From positions 3,952 to 67,951 of IMG/VR virus record IMGVR_UViG_3300037424_001585: a DNA stretch of 64,000 nt. The stretch is one strand, 5' to 3'. Below are positions 37,415 to 46,650 of the stretch, piece after piece. The position numbers and the translations under genes were made by a program. Source of the DNA: a virus. Lineage: Duplodnaviria > Caudoviricetes. A model generated the notes under the pieces. The model worked only from the letters and a program-made list of their open reading frames with translations. It searched no databases and was not told where the DNA came from. Positions within the stretch are counted from its first letter, which is position 1, and each line of letters opens with the position of its first letter.

Positions 37415-39096
37415 CGCAGGTCCTCTGCAAGCTGAAGCACGTCGTTGTTCCTGCCGGTGATGACTCCTGCCGTGCGCAACGTCGAGATACGATTGCGGAA
37501 CCCCCCACCCCAGGCGTATCCCGCCGCCTCCGCGAGGTCCGGGCCGGTGAGCCCTTCGCGGTGGTCCGCAAGTGCTTGCAGCGCCGCTCGCTCAGCCTTA
37601 CCGAAGCGCCGATTGTTGAGCCAATAGGTGAGCAGGTCGAGGCCAGGAGCGGGGAGCGGCTCGATCTCCCCGAGTACTTCACGTCCTGCCTCAGTAATCC
37701 GCATAATGCCGGTGTTCTCACCAATCAGCCAGCCATTCGTGCGACAGGTCGAGATACGATTCCGAAAGCCACCACCCGCGCGGTATCCTGCGAGGAGCGC
37801 GAGTTTTCCAACATTGCAACCTTCGGGATACTGCGCCAGCACGGTGAGCATGGCGCGTTCGGCTCGACCGGGACGCCCATCTTGTGCTGAGGCGATGACC
37901 TCCGCATGCGCGCGTGCTTGTCTTGGCGTAAGAAGCTGGCGTTTCTCGGAGGTGGCGATGGCGCGAACCGCCGGTGGTGTGTTGACTGACCGCAAAGATT
38001 GTCGCGCGACACCACGCAGCGTTGTCTCCAAGGAGGCAAGCTGTTCGGCTAACGGCTTCCACAGCTTCCTTCCGCGCTCTAGCATGCGCTCGATCCGTGC
38101 AGTCTGAGCATCTCTCACGACCGACACTTCGACCCGTTTCTCGATCACTTTCTCCTTGGTGACCGTTCCCCGCCCGTGTTGCAAGAGCGTTAATTGGCGG
38201 CGTGCATCCACAAGATCACGCTTGAGGTCCTCGACGGTGCGTGTCACCTTTTCCGCTTCCGCAGGCAGGTCTGCGAGCTTCGGGAGCAGCCGCTTGATCT
38301 TCGCAGTCGGCGGCGGCGGGGTGAACGCCAAGCGCGCTCCTGCTTTGGGGTGCGTGGTCTGCACGCTCCCGATCTTGACCTTCTGGACCTCGATCGAAAG
38401 CGCCGGGCCGAAGCCGAAGAACTCGCCGGGGTTGAGTTGGCGGAGACTGTACGACTGCTCCTTCTCTGAGAACCCCAGTTCCTCAGACGCGCGTTTGCGA
38501 TCCACGTCGAGCCCCGTCCGCCCGATGAGCTTGTTGTTGAGTTCCGCCGCCGCGTCCTTGTGCAGCTTGGAGAGCCGTTGCGTCGCGAGGACCGCGCAGA
38601 ACCCGCGCTTCCTCCCTCTCGTACACAGGTCGATCACCGCGCCCGCGCTCTCCGCCTCTCCCTTCTGGGGACAGTAGACATGCGCTTCGTCCACCACCAC
38701 CAGCACCGGATGCCAGAGCTTCTTGGGCGCGTCCACCAAGGCTTCAAGGAAGAGCCGGACGAACCGTACTCGCTCGTGCGCCTTGAGTTCGTAGATGTCG
38801 AGGATGGCTGAGGTCCTGAGTTCGAGCAGACGTTCCGCGAGGAGCTTGGCCGCGCGCGGGTCCGCCGCCGTATCCCCTCCCTGTTTGGAGGCAAGCACGT
38901 AGTCGAACTTCTCCCGCAAGGTCGCGAACTCTCCTTCGGGATCGAGGACGAGTTGCTGTACCTTTCCATGCGTCTGTTCCAGCACGCGCCGGAGGAGCCA
39001 GGACTTCCCTCCCCCACTGTTCGCTTGGACAAGGAGCCGCGTGTCGATCAAGGTCGGGAGATCGCATGGAGCCCCACGTCCGAGGTGTACAATCAT
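37411..39096 (-). CDS. HerA/FtsK-superfamily (DUF87-like) ATPase with tandem C-terminal winged helices
   Basis: Walker A ANSGGGKS, Walker B VVVDEAH, ATQR; duplicated AGY..GGGFRNRIST.RT.G unit; ATGA overlap at 39096. Confidence 0.8.
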   Translation of the reverse strand: MIVHLGRGAPCDLPTLIDTRLLVQANSGGGKSWLLRRVLEQTHGKVQQLVLDPEGEFATLREKFDYVLASKQGGDTAADPRAAKLLAERLLELRTSAILDIYELKAHERVRFVRLFLEALVDAPKKLWHPVLVVVDEAHVYCPQKGEAESAGAVIDLCTRGRKRGFCAVLATQRLSKLHKDAAAELNNKLIGRTGLDVDRKRASEELGFSEKEQSYSLRQLNPGEFFGFGPALSIEVQKVKIGSVQTTHPKAGARLAFTPPPPTAKIKRLLPKLADLPAEAEKVTRTVEDLKRDLVDARRQLTLLQHGRGTVTKEKVIEKRVEVSVVRDAQTARIERMLERGRKLWKPLAEQLASLETTLRGVARQSLRSVNTPPAVRAIATSEKRQLLTPRQARAHAEVIASAQDGRPGRAERAMLTVLAQYPEGCNVGKLALLAGYRAGGGFRNRISTCRTNGWLIGENTGIMRITEAGREVLGEIEPLPAPGLDLLTYWLNNRRFGKAERAALQALADHREGLTGPDLAEAAGYAWGGGFRNRISTLRTAGVITGRNNDVLQLAEDLR

Positions 39097-39446
39097 GCCG
39101 TCTTCCTCCGTCTCCGCTTCATCCGCTGGTTTGCGATCTTGAGCGCACTCTGCAAATGGATCGCGTGCCCGCACAAGGTGGTCAAACATGCATGATGGAC
39201 TTCATGGTCCGGGGGGATTTCCCCTTTGTACTTCTGGTACATCACGCGGTGAACGAGTTCCAGCTTCCCATCCACCCTCACCACTCCGTACTTGTCCCCG
39301 TTCTTGTTGGTGATCGTGGCCCCCAGCCAAATCCAACAGGTTCCCACCACCTTGAACTTGTACGGGGGGAGCATCGGGGCGCGGTAGGAGACCTTGCACC
39401 CATGTCGTGGGAGGGGGAGCCGGAGTTGGAGGGCGGGCGCGCTCAC
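39093..39446 (-). CDS. HNH endonuclease (HNH_3-like)
   Basis: CWIWLG, YGVV, VHRVMY, VHHACLTTLCGHAIHL. Confidence 0.75.
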   Translation of the reverse strand: MSAPALQLRLPLPRHGCKVSYRAPMLPPYKFKVVGTCWIWLGATITNKNGDKYGVVRVDGKLELVHRVMYQKYKGEIPPDHEVHHACLTTLCGHAIHLQSALKIANQRMKRRRRKTA

Positions 39447-39808
39447 CCGAGTCTCCCCATGCCTTTGGCTTCTTGTGTAAGGGCCTGGTGCGTCCACTGT
39501 TGGAAGAGGAGCCGCCCCTCCCGGCACAGTACACGGACATCCGGGGCGCGACGGAAGTAGACGAGACGTGTGGTCGGCTTCTTCCCGTTCTCCCGGACCC
39601 GCACCTCGACCTGACCATCCGCCAGCAGGGGATCGTCCGTCTCCCGCACGTCCCCCGGCATGTACCAATCATGCTGGCGGCAGTGCGCGCACCCTTGATG
39701 ATGCTCCGCCCAGAGGGTGTACGCGCTCCAGAGTTGCGGTGCGGCCCACGCGCGCTGGCAACGCGGCGCGGTCTCAGCACGAAGGGGTTGGAGCGGGGTC
39801 TCGGTCAC
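39443..39808 (-). CDS. hypothetical Zn-binding protein
   Basis: HHQGCAHC...C pattern; GTG start after GAGGG. Confidence 0.5.
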   Translation of the reverse strand: MTETPLQPLRAETAPRCQRAWAAPQLWSAYTLWAEHHQGCAHCRQHDWYMPGDVRETDDPLLADGQVEVRVRENGKKPTTRLVYFRRAPDVRVLCREGRLLFQQWTHQALTQEAKGMGRLG

Positions 39809-39971
39809 GGTACCCTCTCTCGAAAGGTTCGGTTGGCGTCCCCTGCTGGACGTGGCCCACAGGGGCGGTGTCGCGGGCAGCACTTCGCGACGGTTTCGGC
39901 CATGCAGGGCTTTTGGCCCCATGGTGCTCCGGCCACGCATCACCGGCTTACGGCACGCCAACCTTTCAACG

Positions 39972-40050
39972 TTGGTGAGGTGCGGTCTGTCTCGTAGACC
40001 CGAGGCAACACTAGACTAGTACCAGGCTCCCTCTAACATCACCTCACCAA
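39972..40050 (-). ncRNA. candidate structured RNA immediately 3' of tRNA
   Basis: Perfect 11-bp closing stem TTGGTGAGGTG/CACCTCACCAA with internal GGTCT-7nt-AGACC arm. Confidence 0.35.
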
Positions 40051-40051
40051 G

Positions 40052-40124
40052 AGCACTCGGAGGGACTCGAACCCTCGACCTGCGCGTTACGAATGCGCTG
40101 CTCTGCCTACTGAGCTACGAGTGC
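40052..40124 (-). tRNA. trnT: tRNA-Thr (anticodon CGU), CCA not encoded
   Basis: Acceptor GCACTCG/CGAGTGC, D arm TAGCTCAGTAGGCAGAGC, anticodon loop TT-CGT-AA, T arm GAGGG-TTCGAGT-CCCTC. Confidence 0.95.
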
Positions 40125-40167
40125 TTTTGCAACGCTGTGCGGGCGCCACCCGCTACTTCTTAGCCCC

Positions 40168-40271
40168 GCGTTGGCCTCGGGCTAGCCGGAGCGACCCGGC
40201 GCGTACATCGACGAAGATGTGCGCTGGCAACCAGCGAGTGCCAGTCTAGGTATCGGACCCCCGCCCAACGC
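40168..40271 (-). ncRNA. candidate multibranch structured RNA 5' of tRNA
   Basis: Closing stem GCGTTGG/CCAACGC enclosing three hairpins. Confidence 0.35.
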
Positions 40272-40295
40272 AAGAGGCTCGCACACCTTCTCCTT

Positions 40296-41075
40296 CTACC
40301 TTCCCCTGCGCACGAACTTGCCCTTGCCCGATCCCTTAGGCGCGGGCTTGGCCGGAGCCGTCCGTACCGAACGCGCGGGTGTCCGCGTCGCCGGAGCCGC
40401 ACGCGGCCCAGGACGTGCTGCCCGCGCGGGTTTGGTCTCTTCCTCCTCGGGGACTTCTTCCTCGGTCTCCGTTTCCGTCTCGGTCTCAGTCTCGGTTTCC
40501 GCTTCCGCTTCCACTGCTTCCGGGGTCACGAACACCGTGTCCACGTAGGTCCGTCCACCCTTCACGACCTTGCCGTCCTTCTTCTCCGGGCGGTGTGCCA
40601 CGATGAACTCGACCTCTGTCCCCTCGAACTGCCCCGAACGAATCTGCTCCATGAACGTTTCGAGGTCGTCCTGCAACTCCACGCCGCCGTCCGCGTTCCT
40701 GGTCGCGGCACCCACCGCCACCGCGAGGTCCCCGTACGTGCGCACCGCATCCCGCAGCGCGAACGGTACCCCTTCTTCGTCGGTCGGGTCGATGTCGGCG
40801 GCGTACAACTGCTCATCCTTCCCGCGCTTGTCCTTCACCACCATCCACGCCGGGATACGGACGAAGTGCGGGCGCGTCCCCGGCTCTTTGTCCGCCTCGA
40901 TCGCCCGGTTGTCGATGAGCCGGAACGCCAGGCTCCCGAACGTGCCATCGTCATTCTGCACGTCGTAGTTCGCGTCCTTGTCATCGCTCGGCGCGGCGAG
41001 GGTACCTGCGTAATGCCCGGCGGGGAACGGGGACCGGCGGCTCATCACGCTACTAGGTATGCTCTTGGTGCTCAT
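40296..41075 (-). CDS. putative single-stranded DNA-binding protein (DUF669-like)
   Basis: PFPAGHY N-terminal motif, beta-rich core, (ET)n acidic run then basic tail; lies in the recombination module. Confidence 0.5.
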   Translation of the reverse strand: MSTKSIPSSVMSRRSPFPAGHYAGTLAAPSDDKDANYDVQNDDGTFGSLAFRLIDNRAIEADKEPGTRPHFVRIPAWMVVKDKRGKDEQLYAADIDPTDEEGVPFALRDAVRTYGDLAVAVGAATRNADGGVELQDDLETFMEQIRSGQFEGTEVEFIVAHRPEKKDGKVVKGGRTYVDTVFVTPEAVEAEAETETETETETETEEEVPEEEETKPARAARPGPRAAPATRTPARSVRTAPAKPAPKGSGKGKFVRRGR

Positions 41076-41119
41076 ACGGGTCTGCTCCTCTGTGAGTGAA
41101 TGGAATGTGGGTACGTCAT

Positions 41120-42013
41120 CTATGCCGCCAGGAGCACGCGGTGCGCCGCTTCATGCTCCGGGGTGCAATGGTTGAAGCCCGCGTCCACCATCCGGCGCGG
41201 GAGGAAGCGCTGGCATCGAGGGTACCGGCAGCGCGGACGCACCCGCGCGACCAGTCGATGGGATTCAGGAACACGCTCGACCCCGCTTGGGATCGGGTCG
41301 CCATCCCGTTCCGCTGCCTCGATCACCAGCCAATCCACGAACAGCGCGAGGGGAAGCTCCCCGATGTCCTGGCGCCGTACGGTGGGGACGACTTGTTGCA
41401 CATACTTGATGAATCGCGCGACCAAGTCCCCCGCGTTCACGAAGGGATTGAAATCGCGGTTCCGATGCGCTTGGTACGTGACCTTGGTGTCCTTGTCCTC
41501 GATGCGGTAGTTCCCCTGTGCATCAAGGAGAATCTTGGTCCCGTCGGGGAGCGTGACTTCACGTACGCCCCCGTCAATTCGCACCTTTGAGGGATCGTTG
41601 AGTGGTATCCAATCTGTGTCCGCGCTATCAGTGTCCCACCACACCGCGTTCCATAACAGTGTGTTGCTACTGCCGGAGACGGTGATAGCCGTGCCCGTCC
41701 CGCACCCGCACCAGCCGCTTGTGCTCCCGCACTGTGAACAGGCATAGGCAGGCGTATACGAAGCGGGAGTGTTGTACGACGGCGCCGCGCTCGACACAGC
41801 CTGTTGATACTGCTGTTGTATCTGCTGGGCCAACGCCTGCTGCACGTGTTGCTGCACCGCCTGCTGGGACGCCGCGTGCTGGAGCACGAGGTTGTCCACC
41901 ACCATCCGGGCACTGAACACGTACGCATCCATTGATGGGGATGGCGTCGGCGAAGAAAACGTGACAGCCGGTGTCGGCGGTGCAGGATTGGGAACCACAG
42001 CGAGCCCGGTCAT
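41120..42013 (-). CDS. hypothetical protein with Gln-rich linker and Cys motifs
   Basis: 297-aa ORF; CSQC..WCGC and CRYPRC...HC..H. Confidence 0.6.
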   Translation of the reverse strand: MTGLAVVPNPAPPTPAVTFSSPTPSPSMDAYVFSARMVVDNLVLQHAASQQAVQQHVQQALAQQIQQQYQQAVSSAAPSYNTPASYTPAYACSQCGSTSGWCGCGTGTAITVSGSSNTLLWNAVWWDTDSADTDWIPLNDPSKVRIDGGVREVTLPDGTKILLDAQGNYRIEDKDTKVTYQAHRNRDFNPFVNAGDLVARFIKYVQQVVPTVRRQDIGELPLALFVDWLVIEAAERDGDPIPSGVERVPESHRLVARVRPRCRYPRCQRFLPRRMVDAGFNHCTPEHEAAHRVLLAA

Positions 42014-42020
42014 CGTGTCC

Positions 42021-42338
42021 TCACTGACTCAGGTTCAACCACTTGTCCCGCAAGAACTGTGCGGCGAGGGAGGTCTGGGCTTGAATCACGTCCGACTTCC
42101 AGAAGGAGCGCCCGCGTACTGCCCCTTGCTTCTCGACTCCACTCCCCCACCGCGCATCGGTAATCACGCCATCCTTGATCGTGCGGTAATGCTCGTGCCC
42201 GCACCGGGGGCATTCGACGACGTGATTCCCGTTGATCGCGAAGTTCAATTCCGCGATGAAGCCCTTCCCGCAGTTGTGACAGTGCATGTCCGTGCGGGTC
42301 CAGCCTTCGCCGGAGACCCCAGGAAGCTCGCCGCCCAC
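42021..42338 (-). CDS. Zn-ribbon protein
   Basis: CHNC...CPRCGHEH. Confidence 0.6.
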   Translation of the reverse strand: MGGELPGVSGEGWTRTDMHCHNCGKGFIAELNFAINGNHVVECPRCGHEHYRTIKDGVITDARWGSGVEKQGAVRGRSFWKSDVIQAQTSLAAQFLRDKWLNLSQ

Positions 42339-42341
42339 AGG

Positions 42342-42920
42342 TCACTTCCCTCGACCTTTCCGCCTGGTGAGGCGCTGCCGCCAGGTCTTCGTGCTCGGCT
42401 CAAGGGCTGCGCGCTCGCTTGTGATTTCCACCGGCTCCACCACTGCCCCGAGCACATCCGCGATCTTCTCCAGCACCGCCATCCCGCGCGTGCGACGATC
42501 CGTGCTTCGTGCAGTGATGTCTTCCTCCGCGAGCTTACGCCCACGCAAGCCGAGCTTCTGCGCAACCCGCTGAGCTACCGTGAGTTGCTCTTCCACATCC
42601 GCGTGCTGCGGGGCCTTGGTGGAGAGCCGCTTCATCACCCGGTCCCACGGGAAGTTGGTCTTGTCGTGCCAGGTCCAGCGAATGTCGCTCTTCCCAGTCG
42701 GCGGCACCGAGAAGAACCGCTTGAACTCCTCCTCGATCATCGCGTCCCGGTAGAAGAGGGGCGGCTGTTGATCGAGGTCGTACAGATCGAACACCACGCT
42801 CCCACCCTCGTGCCCGACGACGAGCACCAGGGAGGTTTGTTTGGCGTCCTCCGCCCAACACCCGACGCTCAACGTGTCGAGGTTCTTGGGGTCGGCGCCA
42901 GGCACCGCGTCGGTGGCCAT
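42342..42920 (-). CDS. hypothetical protein
   Basis: GGAGG RBS, TGATG overlap. Confidence 0.6.
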   Translation of the reverse strand: MATDAVPGADPKNLDTLSVGCWAEDAKQTSLVLVVGHEGGSVVFDLYDLDQQPPLFYRDAMIEEEFKRFFSVPPTGKSDIRWTWHDKTNFPWDRVMKRLSTKAPQHADVEEQLTVAQRVAQKLGLRGRKLAEEDITARSTDRRTRGMAVLEKIADVLGAVVEPVEITSERAALEPSTKTWRQRLTRRKGRGK

Positions 42921-43087
42921 CAGCCCTCCCGCGCGATTTCGAGGCGGGTGAGCAGAGCAGGCCACCCTGCGATGGTCATGGCCTCGGCGGTTTGGGAACC
43001 CGAGGCGACCTCGGTGTGGGTGTACCCCTTCACCGCTGCGATCAACTTGTCGAGGTCGGCGTCGGAAATGCGAAGACGTGTGCTCAT
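42920..43087 (-). CDS. hypothetical protein (55 aa, not in ORF track)
   Basis: GAGGAG RBS; MSTRLRISDADLDKLIAAVKG... Confidence 0.45.
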   Translation of the reverse strand: MSTRLRISDADLDKLIAAVKGYTHTEVASGSQTAEAMTIAGWPALLTRLEIAREG

Positions 43088-43362
43088 GGAACGTGCTCCT
43101 CTCGGGGTTTGATGCTGTGTGTGATCGTGTCCATACTTGTGTGGAAGTCGATCTCAACCAGACTCCCCGCTTCTACGGTGATGCGCGAGAGACCGAGGAG
43201 GTCACGGACTTTCTCGGGGAGTTCGTCCATCACGCTGATTTGGTCGTTGGGGTCGTCCGTGTTCCAGTCCTCGTACACGTCGAGCTTTGGCTGCGTGAAA
43301 CACAGCCAGAGCAGATCAGAGGGACTGTCGCCATCCCGTGCCAGCCAGATCGTGCGGGTCAT
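43084..43362 (-). CDS. hypothetical protein
   Basis: Coupled 92-aa ORF. Confidence 0.55.
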   Translation of the reverse strand: MTRTIWLARDGDSPSDLLWLCFTQPKLDVYEDWNTDDPNDQISVMDELPEKVRDLLGLSRITVEAGSLVEIDFHTSMDTITHSIKPREEHVP

Positions 43363-44024
43363 ATCGCAATCCCCAAGGTTTGGTCCGGGTAGAACTCGAC
43401 ACCAGGGACCGTTTCTTTCCCCTCCGTCTCCCGTGCGTACGCGTTCAACTTCTTCTCATCCACCACCAACCACTTGCGGGGGACAATCATGGGATTGAGT
43501 ACGCGCGCTTTCCATGTGGTCCGAGTACTTTCCCCCGCTTGCCGCTCGATGGTGGGGGCGACGGACACGGTCGGGGCTACCACTGCTTCCGCCTGTTCGA
43601 GCTTGGCCTCCTTGAGCGCGGGGTTCTTGGTTCGCGCGGCCTCTCGGAGGAGTCTTGCGCGCTCGGCTTCAGCTTTCGCATCCGCTTCCGCCTGGAGCCG
43701 CTGCTCTTCCGCTACCCGCGCGGCCTCTTGTTCCTGATCGTAGGAGAGCACCACCCCTTTCACCGTGCGCTCGACTTGATCGAGGACGCCGAGATACCCA
43801 CTCTCCTTCTCCGTGATCGCCTTCCACGCCATGTGGGCTTTCGCCTTCATGTCCCGGAAGAACTCAACGACGGCTACCCGTTGCTCCTTGACCCGCTTCA
43901 GGGTGTCGATGGCTTCCGCGCGCTCCGCGTTGGACGTGAGGACCAACGTGGTTGCCCAACGCTCGTACAGGACGATTTGCTTCGCGCCGGGTGGGGTCGC
44001 GGGCTGGGGTGTGGCTGTCTTCAC
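43359..44024 (-). CDS. coiled-coil recombination-module protein (Gam/gp157/DUF1351-like)
   Basis: Long coiled coil, then VPRKWLVVDEKKL...VPGVEF tail. Confidence 0.6.
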   Translation of the reverse strand: MKTATPQPATPPGAKQIVLYERWATTLVLTSNAERAEAIDTLKRVKEQRVAVVEFFRDMKAKAHMAWKAITEKESGYLGVLDQVERTVKGVVLSYDQEQEAARVAEEQRLQAEADAKAEAERARLLREAARTKNPALKEAKLEQAEAVVAPTVSVAPTIERQAGESTRTTWKARVLNPMIVPRKWLVVDEKKLNAYARETEGKETVPGVEFYPDQTLGIAI

Positions 44025-44980
44025 TTCACCGCTCCCTTCTGGTTCACGCCGTACTGCACCAGCAGCTTCTTCAACTCCTGCCAGTTGTTCGGGATGTACA
44101 CAATCTCCGGGGGGAGGATCGCGGGAATCCCCGCGTGCCGATCCTCGTCAGGTGCGACTTGGATCACGTACGACGCCTGCTTATCACTCCCCGGCGTGCC
44201 CGCCTTCCGCGTCACCCGCTTGAACTGGACATGGCTGTACACCACCGCGTCCGCGAGCCCGGCGATCTTGCGGCGGAATCCCCCTTGGAGCATTGGGAGG
44301 ACCGTCCCCATATACTCGACATCGCCGCCCTTGGTATCCGCGCTGGCTTTCTTCACCTGGGTCTGGACGGCCTTGTCGAAGACGACTTGGTCATCCTTGG
44401 TGGTCTGCAAGTGCCAGGCGATCCCGACGTGTTTGCGAAGGGGGGCATCCTTGAGCGCGAGGAGCCCGTCGAGAGCCTGACGCATGAGGTCCGCGATCTT
44501 GGTGTACGGCCGGAACCGATTGTCCCGATCGTCCATATCCGCAGGCGAGGCCACCTTGAAGGGAGAGAGCGCCGCGTGCCACGCGAACTCGCCTAGCTCG
44601 GTGCCAGAGTCGAGGAGGACGACTCGGTACTCCTCGTCCGTGGCCAGGGTGTCCATGAGGTTCAAGAACTGTTGGAAGGCATCCGCCTCGAAACGTCCTT
44701 GCGTCGGACGCCACCCGGAGTCCTTCAGGAGGATCGTGTCCGGGTTGTACTTCTGATACCCCTCAGACGAGGTCTCTCGGGGAAGCGTGGAGATCAAGAG
44801 CGTCTTCCCCTCCGCGCACAGGGTGGAGAGCATGTGGCTCTTCCCGGTCTTGGGCGGGCCGAGGTCGAGCAACACAATCGCCTCGTGCGGGGCCAGGTCC
44901 CGCGCGGGGAGGACCTCGAAGGTGAACTGTGGTTCAGACAGCGGCGCGGGTCGGCGCGGCGGTCTTCTCGTCGGGGGCAT
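44021..44980 (-). CDS. Sak4-like (AAA_24) single-strand annealing ATPase
   Basis: GPPKTGKS, VVLLDSGT, GIAWH, IAGLADAVVY. Confidence 0.75.
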   Translation of the reverse strand: MPPTRRPPRRPAPLSEPQFTFEVLPARDLAPHEAIVLLDLGPPKTGKSHMLSTLCAEGKTLLISTLPRETSSEGYQKYNPDTILLKDSGWRPTQGRFEADAFQQFLNLMDTLATDEEYRVVLLDSGTELGEFAWHAALSPFKVASPADMDDRDNRFRPYTKIADLMRQALDGLLALKDAPLRKHVGIAWHLQTTKDDQVVFDKAVQTQVKKASADTKGGDVEYMGTVLPMLQGGFRRKIAGLADAVVYSHVQFKRVTRKAGTPGSDKQASYVIQVAPDEDRHAGIPAILPPEIVYIPNNWQELKKLLVQYGVNQKGAVK

Positions 44981-45245
44981 GGGACTCCTCTCTCAACAGG
45001 AGGGTCGGACGAGGCGACACGATCACTTGCCGTGCCGCCGCTTCGAGATGCGTCGCGTCGTACAACACGCGCCGGTACGCGTTGATGCGGTGCGGGTCCT
45101 GCAAGCCTCCGCTGGCTTGCACGTACTCTGTGAGGTCTCGCGCGATCATCTGCATTTCCTGCACCGGCAGGGTGCGGACTACAGCGCAGGTGCTTCCCCG
45201 GCACAACCACACCGCGAGGCTGATCTTCAGGCGTTCGAGGGTCAC
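44934..45245 (-). CDS. hypothetical helical protein
   Basis: GGAGGT RBS, GTG start. Confidence 0.45.
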   Translation of the reverse strand: MTLERLKISLAVWLCRGSTCAVVRTLPVQEMQMIARDLTEYVQASGGLQDPHRINAYRRVLYDATHLEAAARQVIVSPRPTLLLREESHAPDEKTAAPTRAAV

Positions 45246-45469
45246 GATACCTCCGTTGATTGGTGCGTCACTTGTCGCTCGTGCATCCAGCGATCGAGTG
45301 CAACCCGCTCGTAGCGAACACGCCCCATCCCAAACTTGATGTACGCCGGTCCTACTTTGCGCGCCCGCCAGTTCGCGAGGGTGTCCGTAGCAAGATGCAG
45401 GTACTCTGCTGCCTCTATGGTCGTGAAGTATCCACGAACGGGAACTTCCAGCTTCAGATCAAAGATCAA
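45242..45469 (-). CDS. excisionase-like helix-turn-helix (HTH_17/AlpA) DNA-binding protein
   Basis: TTIEAAEYL..ATDTLANWR..KVGPAYIKFG..VRYERVALDRW; AAGGAG RBS with TTG start. Confidence 0.8.
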   Translation of the reverse strand: MIFDLKLEVPVRGYFTTIEAAEYLHLATDTLANWRARKVGPAYIKFGMGRVRYERVALDRWMHERQVTHQSTEVS

Positions 45470-46613
45470 GGAATCTCCTTTGCCGCTGCACGTACTTCTG
45501 CTGCATCTTCGCGAGTCGGCCGCGCGGGTGAGCGAGGCATAGCTCCCGGTACGAGCATCCTTGGCACGCCTTCCCGGTGTTCTGCGCGTACCCATAGAGC
45601 TTGTGCATCTTGGGGTGCTCCTGCGCGAACTGCTGATACCACAACGCGATCTTCCGCCAGGTGTATTGGTTCCAGATCGCTTCCTCAAGATGCGCAGGTT
45701 GGAAGAGCAGCGGACCGTGCGGGGCGAACCGGGTGATCTGTGAGGGCTTCCCCGCCTTGGTGTGTGTTTCCAGGGCCTTCTCTCCTGCGTACATCCCGAT
45801 CACCAGCGCTTGGCTCACGTATGCGTGCCCTAAGCGCGCGAGGAGGGGTTGGAGGAGCAAGGTCAATCCTTTGCAGTACCCCCGGAGTTGGTTCGAGAGA
45901 TCATGCTTCTCAAACCAGTACTCCGATAGATAACCTCCACAGCTTACCTTCACATCCACGATCCCCACCCGATTCCCCATGAGGGCGGGCAGATCGGGTT
46001 TCATGGCATAGAGGAACTCCTCCCCATCCACCTCGAACCGCATGACCAGCTTGCACTCTCCGAGGATCACGCGCTCGTCAGGGAGGACCCGCCAGACTGC
46101 TGCCACCACATCGGTCAGGTCGAGGTCGGAGAGACGGACGATGAGCGGGGTGAAGTTCTCGTGCTTCTTTCGCCACACGAGATAGTTCTTGAAAACTCCC
46201 TCGATCAGCCCGGCATGGAGGTGGGCATAGCTATGACCAGGAGGCGGCGGCTCCCGGTCCCCGAAGACTTCGAGCACCCGGGAGAGGGCGAGGGCTTCAT
46301 CCCCGGAGGTGTGGAGGACATCGCTCCCAGCATGCATGGCGATGCCGGTGAGCAGGGTCAGTGCATCCTCCCGCTCGGTCAATCCCAGGAGGTGTTGGTA
46401 CTGCCCTTTCCGTGGGCACCACGCGTATCCCCCCGCGACGGTGCTGTCCCACATGTCCACTTCCGCTTCAAGCGCGGCTTGATTGGGATAGCGCTCGGAG
46501 AGGTAGAGGACCTCGGTGATCTTCCCAACCTTCTTCTCCTGTACCTGCACGTCTCGGCGTGGGCGCTTACCGTTGACACGACAGCGCAGCTTTGGCTCTT
46601 GCGGCTTTGACAT
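45459..46613 (-). CDS. PD-(D/E)XK exonuclease, Cas4/AddB-like with Fe-S Cys staple
   Basis: WCPRK; KPDL...IVDVK; QLRGY; CQGCSYRELC. Confidence 0.8.
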   Translation of the reverse strand: MSKPQEPKLRCRVNGKRPRRDVQVQEKKVGKITEVLYLSERYPNQAALEAEVDMWDSTVAGGYAWCPRKGQYQHLLGLTEREDALTLLTGIAMHAGSDVLHTSGDEALALSRVLEVFGDREPPPPGHSYAHLHAGLIEGVFKNYLVWRKKHENFTPLIVRLSDLDLTDVVAAVWRVLPDERVILGECKLVMRFEVDGEEFLYAMKPDLPALMGNRVGIVDVKVSCGGYLSEYWFEKHDLSNQLRGYCKGLTLLLQPLLARLGHAYVSQALVIGMYAGEKALETHTKAGKPSQITRFAPHGPLLFQPAHLEEAIWNQYTWRKIALWYQQFAQEHPKMHKLYGYAQNTGKACQGCSYRELCLAHPRGRLAKMQQKYVQRQRRFLDL

Positions 46614-46650
46614 TTAGTCACCCTCTCTCAGAGTGATGCAGCGGGGGTTC

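Noticed and set aside
39960-40051. Theta (HDV-like) ribozyme behind the tRNA
   Set aside because: The stems are nested rather than the HDV double pseudoknot, and the expected L3/J4-2 residues were not recognised.
45242-45469. Lysogeny module inferred from the excisionase-like HTH
   Set aside because: No integrase, repressor pair or att site was recognised; the HTH is common in replication modules.
45459-46613. CRISPR-Cas locus (Cas4-like gene)
   Set aside because: No array or other cas genes; the Sak4/SSB context indicates a phage recombination exonuclease.
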